From positions 1 through 13,235 of the forward strand of contig CAZYCQ010000075.1 of NCBI GenBank assembly GCA_964645535.1: 13,235 nt of DNA, given 5' to 3'. The DNA is from an uncultured archaeon (GTDB lineage Archaea > Asgardarchaeota > Heimdallarchaeia > Heimdallarchaeales > Kariarchaeaceae). The position numbers and the translations under genes were made by a program. The stretch's first letter is position 1. Each line of letters begins with the position of its first letter. Under the pieces are notes generated by a model. It worked only from the letters and a program-made list of their open reading frames with translations, ran no database searches and had not been told where the DNA came from. Shown here piece after piece: positions 1 through 6,954 of the stretch.

Positions 1-28
1 GTTTAATTGGCTGTCATTGATAAAATCC

Positions 29-1042
29 CTATGAACCTCTCTTGAAAAATTCAAGCTTTTCCTCAATCTCTTTCTCAATCGTTCCATCCCAAACCTCCAT
101 TTGTTCTAATTCCTGTAGGATCTCCCTTAATTTCCGTTCAACTGAGAAATTTGAATAGTTGCTGAAAAGATAACACAGATAATTTTCTGATTCTGCATTG
201 GTCACAACCTTTCCCAAAAACTTCACTCTGTTGGGAAGTTTTTCTGAACCGGCGGTTTCTGCAAGAATCTCCATTGAAGCCTCGATTGCACTTGGAAGAA
301 GATTGGGCAATCTCTCTCCGAAATAATGCTCAAAGACAACTGTGCCTTGAGTTTTATTGATGATGAGGAGATATTGCGGCTTCAAATCTCTCAAGAAAAA
401 GACAAGTGGATTTCTGAAAATGGATATGGATAGCAGAAAAATACCTGCTGGATACAATATTCCGAAAACAATCGTATTTATTTCAAACAAACGTTCCAGA
501 ATAAGCAAAAGTATAGTCAACCCCATGATCGTCCAGCCAAAGACAAAGGTTCTCTCCCTGTTCATTGCAGGAATAGTCATCCAAATTATTCTGACAATTG
601 TCACAATTATTGGTAAACCTATGACCAATGAATGTATCGGATCCTTCAGTGATGTTCTCCATCCTCCATCAACTGCATTGACTCTTATGGAAAAGAAAGC
701 TGTTGTTGCTCCAATTCCTATTGACATGGCCAAGAACAAATCCGCTAATCTCCATTCCTTCCCTAGGATCTGGGATATTGTTACGAACGTTCCCCATATC
801 CCGAAAATGAGGGCTGGAATACTGGCGGACAACAGTCGCTGAACAATTATCTCGTATTTCTGATCCACTGGGATCAGAATGAAAATCCAAACCTCAACAA
901 CACTGTGAAAGGTGAGGAACAAGAACGAAATGAAAAGTCCCCAAAATTCAATCACCTGCTCTCTTCTTTCAGTAATCAGAATCAGGATTGAGGATGTCAA
1001 CATTAGGAATGATCCACTGATCAAAAGAATTTCTTCGACCAA
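29..1042 (-). CDS. 7-TM membrane protein with C-terminal longin-like domain (putative receptor)
   Basis: 337 aa. Seven hydrophobic segments lie in residues ~5-210, with a short polar hairpin-like loop (RVNAVDGGWRTSLKDP) between TM4 and TM5. A ~115-aa soluble tail follows, starting YLLIINKTQGTVVFEHYF, with a beta-beta-alpha-beta-beta-beta-alpha pattern like longin domains. The TTG start is supported by a promoter-like AAGGTTTATT beginning 34 nt upstream. Confidence 0.7.
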   Translation of the reverse strand: MVEEILLISGSFLMLTSSILILITERREQVIEFWGLFISFLFLTFHSVVEVWIFILIPVDQKYEIIVQRLLSASIPALIFGIWGTFVTISQILGKEWRLADLFLAMSIGIGATTAFFSIRVNAVDGGWRTSLKDPIHSLVIGLPIIVTIVRIIWMTIPAMNRERTFVFGWTIMGLTILLLILERLFEINTIVFGILYPAGIFLLSISIFRNPLVFFLRDLKPQYLLIINKTQGTVVFEHYFGERLPNLLPSAIEASMEILAETAGSEKLPNRVKFLGKVVTNAESENYLCYLFSNYSNFSVERKLREILQELEQMEVWDGTIEKEIEEKLEFFKRGS

Positions 1043-1066
1043 CAGATATTGAATGTAATCAAAAAT

Positions 1067-1076
1067 AATAAACCTT
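1067..1076 (-). promoter_or_regulatory. BRE/TATA-like promoter of the 7TM-longin gene
   Basis: AAGGTTTATT on the - strand, beginning 34 nt before the TTG at 1042. The offset matches other promoters in the window. Confidence 0.55.
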
Positions 1077-1081
1077 GAGAA

Positions 1082-2062
1082 TCAAAATACCCGATCGTTT
1101 ACATCCAATTCGAAAACGTCTCTTTTTCCATTCGATTTTTTGAAATACAGGTTGGCTCCTTTTCCATTTGAGTATTTCGTCATACAATACTTCTCACCAT
1201 TGACAGAAATGTAATCATGTGTCCAGAGAAGATGTATCAATATCCAAACCATCTCACGGCTCCTCAATCCTTCTTTTCTATTGATCGGCTCACCATGCGA
1301 CAGATATGCGGCTTTCAAGCCAGATTGAGCTGCAACCTTGCTTAAATTCGAATCCGTTGTCAAAAATAGTATTTCCATATTGGTCACCTTGGATAGTTGG
1401 GTGAATTGCTCAACAATAAGAAAATCAAAAACCGGACTGGTGGGACTGATATTTGCATATTGTGCCGCAACCTCTCCTTCCGGTTTCAACATGAGCATGG
1501 GAAATCCCGGTTTTGCAATAATCAATGGATAACGATCCATCAGTGTCTGCAACATGAATGCTCCGAATTTCCCTCGGCGCCCTCGCGAATTGTATATTTT
1601 GACAGGAAGTATGAAGTCTTTCGGATACCCTCCTGATTTTCTCTCGGACGATGCCATATGATGGAGTTCATACTGTGTTGCTTGGGCGACCAACAATATG
1701 GGAAGTCTCGTAATCGTGAACTGCCGTTGATATTCCTTCTGAACCTGTTTCACAAATCGGTTCACATGATTCTGCAAAAGGAGGGACGTATCCAATGCCA
1801 AGGCAAGTTGACGGTTATCGTTGAAGGAATGGGCAACTGTTTCGGCAATGCTCTTTTGGATGTCGCCTTCATTATCCGGAAAGATGATGCCGGCTCTCCA
1901 AAGCAAATCCCTGAACCTATACTGCTCACTTCCCTGTATGGTAAATGACCCCTCCCCTTCCCCATCAATCACCAGATCAATTTTTTCATCACGGAATGCC
2001 TCGATGTTGAAAGTGTTTTCCTGTTCAAGTAAATTTTTGAATTCCGAAAAAAGTGACTTCAC
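1082..2062 (-). CDS. PIN-domain ribonuclease with N- and C-terminal extensions
   Basis: 326 aa. The PIN acidic tetrad appears in the expected contexts: LALD91TS, ATQYE132L, VFD213FLI and FLTTD237SNLSKVAAQSGL. The GTG start is preceded by AGGAGAGG and by AACTTTTTAAAA beginning 33 nt upstream. Confidence 0.8.
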   Translation of the reverse strand: MKSLFSEFKNLLEQENTFNIEAFRDEKIDLVIDGEGEGSFTIQGSEQYRFRDLLWRAGIIFPDNEGDIQKSIAETVAHSFNDNRQLALALDTSLLLQNHVNRFVKQVQKEYQRQFTITRLPILLVAQATQYELHHMASSERKSGGYPKDFILPVKIYNSRGRRGKFGAFMLQTLMDRYPLIIAKPGFPMLMLKPEGEVAAQYANISPTSPVFDFLIVEQFTQLSKVTNMEILFLTTDSNLSKVAAQSGLKAAYLSHGEPINRKEGLRSREMVWILIHLLWTHDYISVNGEKYCMTKYSNGKGANLYFKKSNGKRDVFELDVNDRVF

Positions 2063-2083
2063 TGCATTTCCTCTCCTTTCTGA

Positions 2084-2095
2084 TTTTAAAAAGTT
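2084..2095 (-). promoter_or_regulatory. TATA-like promoter of the PIN gene
   Basis: AACTTTTTAAAA on the - strand, beginning 33 nt before the GTG at 2062. Confidence 0.5.
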
Positions 2096-2131
2096 GATGC
2101 GTACTTCCGATCCCCTGCCCTTGGAACTGAA

Positions 2132-3421
2132 TCATTGATTTTCTATCTCATTGATTGTTTGATCCAAGTAAATCCTGATTTTCGCCAACAATTCCAAACC
2201 TTTGGGAGTTAACGCCACCTGCTTTTTATTCATTCTCTCCAAATCAGGAAGTTTCTCCACCCAGCCTTTGTTGATAAGGAATTCAATAGCGGATCTGAGG
2301 TTTCTCTTGGGATTAGGAAAGCTCTTTCCGATAGTTTTCAGGTCGGTTGGAGAATTCTTCTCCAAAAAGGAAAGAATATAGTAATGGGAAAACTTGAGGA
2401 CAAGAATCTTGTCCAAATCCTTCTGTTCAATTCCCTCTTCCTTCTGCTTCACCGGCAAGTCTTCGACAAGACTGCTTTCTGCAATCTGAACTGTCCTGTA
2501 CTCAAAGATTGTCCGTCCAACGATGAGAACCGTCACCACGATAAAAAATATCGAGTTGTCAAGAAAGTGCTTTGAAGTGATGAAATACTTGAAGACCAGA
2601 AGAATGAAGGTTAACCATCCTCCGATTATTCCCAGATTCTTGTAGAGACTTACCTTCCTCATGGTTTCAAACTGCAGCACCTTGTTCTGTTCCAACTCTT
2701 TCAGTCCTTCCAAAGATTTCACTCTCAGCCGTCCATACATGAAACGGAAAATTGAGTAGGCAATTGCAGTCCCAACAAGTATGATTGCCACAAGCACCAT
2801 GGCAAATGAATTCTGTGAGTAGGGATATGGGAGGGCAAATACCAATACCCATGTGAAATTGACCATGAATGGATCCATCCACTCCCTCCATAGCTCAAGA
2901 GGGGCTGTTGTCTCTACAATTCCATATTTCATCATCCCTATCAGAAGCAAAATTACAATATGGACTGCATTGGTCAGAATGGTACTCATTATCACAAAAA
3001 TCCAAAAGATCCATGGACCTAGGAATCTTTCGGAAAATATCCGTCCATAAATCGGATAATTCAATGCCTCTCCTGTCCCCGCCTGTTGTTGCCAACTCAA
3101 AACAAGAACCGAAAAAAAACCCAAGTAGAATATGAATGTCCCCCCCATCAATATGTTCCAAATTCTCCTCAATGAATACCCCTTCATTTCATCAAGTAAT
3201 GAAAAGTAATGCTCAAATGCAAAGCCGAAAAAGGAAGTCACATAGAAATATGCCAAAATGAAAAATCCTGCATGTGCACAAAGAAAAAGATAGGTGAACC
3301 AATCAATATCCGTAAAACCAAGATGATTTGTGATCGGTATTCCAAAGGGTATGACCAGCAAGATCACCGAACAAACAACTATCATGACCTTCCTGCTGCT
3401 CCCCACCTGCACAAGGAACAT
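2132..3421 (-). CDS. Polytopic membrane protein (~8 TM) with C-terminal MarR-like winged-helix domain, paralog A
   Basis: About 8 hydrophobic segments, then a wHTH pattern (ILSFLEKNSPTDLKTIGKSF...NLRSAIEFLINKGWVEK...VALTPKG). I moved the start from 3430 to Met4 at 3421 (429 aa) because it then begins MFL like paralog B and lies 35 nt from AAGATTTATC. Confidence 0.8.
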   Translation of the reverse strand: MFLVQVGSSRKVMIVVCSVILLVIPFGIPITNHLGFTDIDWFTYLFLCAHAGFFILAYFYVTSFFGFAFEHYFSLLDEMKGYSLRRIWNILMGGTFIFYLGFFSVLVLSWQQQAGTGEALNYPIYGRIFSERFLGPWIFWIFVIMSTILTNAVHIVILLLIGMMKYGIVETTAPLELWREWMDPFMVNFTWVLVFALPYPYSQNSFAMVLVAIILVGTAIAYSIFRFMYGRLRVKSLEGLKELEQNKVLQFETMRKVSLYKNLGIIGGWLTFILLVFKYFITSKHFLDNSIFFIVVTVLIVGRTIFEYRTVQIAESSLVEDLPVKQKEEGIEQKDLDKILVLKFSHYYILSFLEKNSPTDLKTIGKSFPNPKRNLRSAIEFLINKGWVEKLPDLERMNKKQVALTPKGLELLAKIRIYLDQTINEIENQ

Positions 3422-3446
3422 CGTATCCATTTCACAAAAAAAGAAT

Positions 3447-3456
3447 GATAAATCTT
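3447..3456 (-). promoter_or_regulatory. BRE/TATA-like promoter of paralog A
   Basis: AAGATTTATC on the - strand, beginning 35 nt before the ATG at 3421. It is embedded in the imperfect inverted repeat ATGATAA-N6-TTGTCAT (3445-3464). Confidence 0.55.
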
Positions 3457-3518
3457 ATTGTCATACTTCTCAAACAATTCCCTCAGTTCATCTTTCAAAC
3501 TTACTCTCTTGAATACGC

Positions 3519-3528
3519 AAAGGTTAAG
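3519..3528 (+). promoter_or_regulatory. BRE/TATA-like promoter of the CARF gene
   Basis: AAAGGTTAAG begins 33 nt before the ATG at 3552, which favours that start over the GTG at 3531. Confidence 0.6.
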
Positions 3529-3551
3529 ATGTGCCTACAGAAACCTGTCCT

Positions 3552-4025
3552 ATGCCCAACACATTGATTGCCACCTGCGGCGCAAGCCTGAATGGTATCC
3601 ACAATGTCCTTTTTGCCCATTATACCAAAGGAGAACATGCCATCAAACGTGTTGTTCTCCTTCTCACAAAGCAACTTCTCAATAGTTTTTTCAATGACCT
3701 TGTCTCCTTGATCCAGAAAACCAACGACCAAATGGGATGGAAACTTCCTCTGCCAGAAAAACAGGTCATCCCCGGTGAAAACCTTATTGAGATCAGAACC
3801 GCAATCGGCAAAATCCTTGACAAATATGACGAATTCATTCTTGACATTACCGCTGGAAGAAAGGTCATGGCTGTTGGTGCTGCCATGGCATTCGATCGAG
3901 CCCAAGTCAAGAACAAGGTGATCTCGTACTATCTTCTGAAAGGCGATGTCGTGGCTCCTGCCACTGACCGACTATTGCAGCACCTGATGGCTGACGAATG
4001 GGAATTGCAGTATTACCGTCCATGA
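3552..4025 (+). CDS. Stand-alone CARF-domain protein (cyclic oligoadenylate sensor or ring-nuclease-like)
   Basis: 157 aa with a Rossmann-like alpha/beta pattern. CARF motif I is LIATCGAS12 at the first strand, and motif II is FILD98ITAGR103K104VMA (D-x-T-x-G-x-K). There is no fused HTH or nuclease domain. Confidence 0.85.
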   Translation: MPNTLIATCGASLNGIHNVLFAHYTKGEHAIKRVVLLLTKQLLNSFFNDLVSLIQKTNDQMGWKLPLPEKQVIPGENLIEIRTAIGKILDKYDEFILDITAGRKVMAVGAAMAFDRAQVKNKVISYYLLKGDVVAPATDRLLQHLMADEWELQYYRP

Positions 4026-4086
4026 CCTCTGCCCTTCCATTGATTGATTCTGGTCGGCATCTCGCCCATAAAACGCAGTGTAAGAA

Positions 4087-4096
4087 AAAGACTTTT
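4087..4096 (+). promoter_or_regulatory. BRE/TATA-like promoter
   Basis: AAAGACTTTT begins 34 nt before the ATG at 4121. The identical 10-mer recurs at 4644. Confidence 0.55.
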
Positions 4097-4120
4097 CTAT
4101 ACTTAGGTTATCTCTTTCCC

Positions 4121-4600
4121 ATGGAAAAACAAGATCGTCCCCTTTCCTCACGAAACATCCGGATAATTTTCCTCATCCTCACCTTCTTCCCCGTCATATA
4201 CCTAATCCTGCTTTTTGTGTTCTCGTCCACTGAGACAGAAACTTCGCCAGATCCCACATTCGATACAATTCTTCCTATCGGTTGGGCAATTATTTCTGTA
4301 GTTGACATCCTTCTCGCATTTTTCATATTCCTACCAAAATTCAATGCACTCATGCAAAAAGATGCTACCATGAGAAATGCAAGAGAGGCTTTTTCCCATC
4401 TGATGATTGTAAGCACTTTGCTGGAAGCCATTGGCGTTTTCGGACTTATAATCGGAATCATGCAGATTTTCGTCACTGGAACCTTTGCCTTTCCTATCCC
4501 CTCTCTCTTTATCGTAATCTCCTTCCTTTTCTGTCTCTATATTTATATGACCTATGTCCCCCGTCTCACCTCCATGATCGATCAGGCCATGGGGATGTAA
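4121..4600 (+). CDS. Hypothetical 4-TM membrane protein
   Basis: 159 aa from ATG 4121 (MEKQDRPLSS...). The ORF-track start at 3998 overlaps the CARF gene and spans the promoter. There are four hydrophobic helices, and TM3 contains LLEAIGVFGL. Confidence 0.75.
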   Translation: MEKQDRPLSSRNIRIIFLILTFFPVIYLILLFVFSSTETETSPDPTFDTILPIGWAIISVVDILLAFFIFLPKFNALMQKDATMRNAREAFSHLMIVSTLLEAIGVFGLIIGIMQIFVTGTFAFPIPSLFIVISFLFCLYIYMTYVPRLTSMIDQAMGM

Positions 4601-4643
4601 TTCCTTACCTCCTCTGTTTCTCAAACCAAGCTCTCAAAGATAC

Positions 4644-4654
4644 AAAGACTTTTA
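4644..4654 (+). promoter_or_regulatory. BRE/TATA-like promoter
   Basis: AAAGACTTTTA begins 35 nt before the ATG at 4679. Confidence 0.6.
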
Positions 4655-4678
4655 TCATCTCCACCAAATGCATCCCCT

Positions 4679-5053
4679 ATGGGGCTTTCAACAAAAGATT
4701 ACATAGCCATCGCCTTAACGGCATTGACAGGTATCATCCACCTTTTTATCGGTCTTGTAACCACCATTTCAGAATTCAATGTTCTCAACCTTCTCCTCCT
4801 GCTGAACGGAATCGGATATCTCTCACTTCTCACGGGAATCTACTTCCCGAACCTGACCGGAGGCTTGACTGAAGGAAAAGACGTACTTTTGAAAGAAACA
4901 CTCATCGGTTTCACCATCATCACCATTATCGCCTACTTCATCACTTGGGGAACGGAAGGCCTTCAAAACATCGTCGGAATGGCAACCAAAATCATCGAAC
5001 TTGCCTTGGTGCTCGTTCTGCTGACCAGCCTCGGTTCATCTCCATCTGAATGA
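4679..5053 (+). CDS. Small 4-TM membrane protein of unknown function (possibly DUF7475-like)
   Basis: 124 aa with four TM helices carrying intramembrane polar residues: TGIIHL, LNGIGY, GFTIITI and TKIIE. The family label is from memory and is unverified. Confidence 0.75.
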   Translation: MGLSTKDYIAIALTALTGIIHLFIGLVTTISEFNVLNLLLLLNGIGYLSLLTGIYFPNLTGGLTEGKDVLLKETLIGFTIITIIAYFITWGTEGLQNIVGMATKIIELALVLVLLTSLGSSPSE

Positions 5054-5103
5054 AACAATTGGCAAGATTCTGTAGACAAAATTCAACTTTTCCTCGTACA
5101 CAT

Positions 5104-5113
5104 AAAACTTATC
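5104..5113 (+). promoter_or_regulatory. BRE/TATA-like promoter of paralog B
   Basis: AAAACTTATC begins 35 nt before the ATG at 5139. Confidence 0.5.
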
Positions 5114-5138
5114 AACCTATCCATTCCCTTGATTTTGG

Positions 5139-6425
5139 ATGTTCCTCCTCGAAACCCAACGAAGAAAGCAAATCCAATGGTTCACCCTTGCCTTCATCAT
5201 CGTGGGAATCCCTGTCGGAATACCCATGGTCATGCTCTATCGCCCACACTTTGTATTCGACTGGTTCAGCTACATCTTCCTCGTCTTCCATGCAATATAT
5301 TTCATCAGCGCATACTTTCTTGTAACCTTCTTCTTTGATTTCGCAAATATCCACTTTTTCTCCCTCTTGCACAAAGAACAGTATCAATCCATCCGAAAAA
5401 TATGGAACCATTTCCAAATCGGTGCCATTGTCTTTTTCACTGCACTTTTCGGCATGGTCGCACAACATGACTGGAAAAGATATCTCACAGACCCGGCAAT
5501 GCATGAGGCAACGCCAACCGACAACACCAATTACGGATCTCTCTTTACCTTCGGCCCATGGGGATGGGTACTCTTCGCCCTTTTCATCTATATGGCCGCA
5601 CTACTCATCAATGCAGTGTTCACCGTACTCTTCACCCTCCTCTGCACCAAAAAATGTGAACAAACAACCACCACCATCCCAATCGAAAGATGGAGAGATT
5701 GGTCCAAGAACTTCCTCATCTATCTTGTCTGGCTCATCCTGTTTACCCTCCCATTCTCCCTCTCCAGTGGCGAACTCCTCACAATTTTCTACATCCTATT
5801 CCTCTCCGGTCCAACCATCGGATACCTCATCTTCCTCTACACAACCACACTCCTGAACTACAAAAAACCAGAAACCATTGAACAGTTCATCGAAGCCAGA
5901 AAATTGGAATTCCAGACCATGAAAAAAATAAACCTCTCCAAAAATGTCGGAATCATATTCGCATCACTTACATTCATCCTCATGGTCAACCGATACCTCT
6001 CCACACCACAACGATTCTTCAACAACCCAATACTCCTTGCAATTGCAACCATCATCATCATCGGAGGAACCGCTTTCGACTATTGGTCCGCTCAGATTGA
6101 AGAAAAAAGCCTCACTGAACTCGAACCAAAAAAATCAACAAATATAGACCCAAAACAGATCCACTCAATCCTCTCCTTCAGATTTGCACACTTCTACATC
6201 CTATCCCACCTCGAAAAAAATTCCCCAACTGACCTCAAATCACTCAGAAAAACTTATCCAAACAGCCCAACCAACCTCAGATCATCTCTCGACTTCCTTG
6301 TCCAAAACAAATACATCGAAAAAAAACCAAAACTCCAAAACATGAACAGAAAAACTATCGAAATCACCCCTCAAGGATTAAAAATCCTCAACCAAATCAA
6401 AACATACCTCAGCTCCGAAGAGTAA
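5139..6425 (+). CDS. Polytopic membrane protein (~8 TM) with C-terminal MarR-like winged-helix domain, paralog B
   Basis: 428 aa, colinear with 2132-3421 (DWFSYIFL/DWFTYLFL, SIRKIWN/SLRRIWN, GPW, LEKNSPTDLK). My hand count gives 40/77 identities across the wHTH region. Confidence 0.85.
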   Translation: MFLLETQRRKQIQWFTLAFIIVGIPVGIPMVMLYRPHFVFDWFSYIFLVFHAIYFISAYFLVTFFFDFANIHFFSLLHKEQYQSIRKIWNHFQIGAIVFFTALFGMVAQHDWKRYLTDPAMHEATPTDNTNYGSLFTFGPWGWVLFALFIYMAALLINAVFTVLFTLLCTKKCEQTTTTIPIERWRDWSKNFLIYLVWLILFTLPFSLSSGELLTIFYILFLSGPTIGYLIFLYTTTLLNYKKPETIEQFIEARKLEFQTMKKINLSKNVGIIFASLTFILMVNRYLSTPQRFFNNPILLAIATIIIIGGTAFDYWSAQIEEKSLTELEPKKSTNIDPKQIHSILSFRFAHFYILSHLEKNSPTDLKSLRKTYPNSPTNLRSSLDFLVQNKYIEKKPKLQNMNRKTIEITPQGLKILNQIKTYLSSEE

Positions 6426-6624
6426 AATCCCAGATTCTTCCCAGAAGCTGATTCCTAAATGGATTAAAAAAAAAAAACATTCCAAACTCAATGAGGCTAT
6501 CCATGATATTACCCCAATATTGCCAATAGCTACCATCGCACTCATCTTCCTGACCGTTAATAATAACCAAGAACCAAGACATGAACCAGACGTGTTCGGA
6601 GTAGATCCAAAATAACCCAAATAA

Positions 6625-6946
6625 ATGATAATCCCAACAAAAAATTTTGCCCAGGAAACAGATAATTTCACTGGATGAATGTAGATCAACTATGTTTGGA
6701 AAGCATCGAAATATTGCTCTTCTCCATAGAACAATTGTCAACAATGCTAACCATTTCGTAAATGAGATTGAAATCTTTGTCAATGAGGTTATGTAGGCAC
6801 TCGATCAGAAAAATCTTGAAATTTTTGCTCAATTTTAAAATGAAATACTGAATGAATTCTATAACATAAGGAAATCTACTCATATCATATTGCAGCAAAT
6901 TGACAGAATAAACAAAATGTTACTAAGACTTCTCAAGTTAATTTAA
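6625..6946 (+). pseudogene. Possible degraded gene remnant next to the tRNA 3' end
   Basis: One + frame (6632-6946) reads ...KQIISLDECRSTMFGKHRNIALLHRTIVNNANHFVNEIEIFVNEVM*ALDQKNLEIFAQF*NEILNEFYNIRKSTHIILQQIDRINKMLLRLLKLI*. It has only two internal stops (TAG 6794, TAA 6836) in about 105 AT-rich codons. An out-of-frame ATG lies at 6625. Confidence 0.25.
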
Positions 6947-6952
6947 AAAAAA
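6945..6952 (-). terminator. Oligo-T terminator after tRNA-Gly
   Basis: A T8 run on the - strand begins 3 nt after the tRNA discriminator, typical of archaeal intrinsic terminators. Confidence 0.6.
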
Positions 6953-6954
6953 GA

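Noticed and set aside
4121-4600. Annotation as ATP synthase subunit c/K
   Set aside because: Only the Glu motif matches. The Gly-rich inner helix and the ATPase operon context are absent.
2132-6425. Inverted paralogs as ends of an invertible segment or composite transposon
   Set aside because: They share only about 50% amino-acid identity even in a well-conserved domain, with heavily diverged synonymous sites. No recombinase, transposase or terminal repeats are visible.
6565-6591. Short repeats AACCAAG-AACCAAG-...GAACCAGAC
   Set aside because: They are too short and irregular, and are expected in locally A/C-skewed sequence.
6664-6676. ORB-like sequence (TCCAGTGAAAT on the - strand) and scattered GAAAT motifs
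   Set aside because: It is a single imperfect match to the TTCCAGTGGAAAC-type box, with no G-string and no clear inverted partner, which is not enough to call an ORB.
6378-6898. Minus-strand ORFs 6378-6689, 6409-6783 and 6686-6898
   Set aside because: They overlap one another, two overlap the end of paralog B, and their W/C/F-rich composition reflects the G/T-rich strand. None has a recognisable motif.
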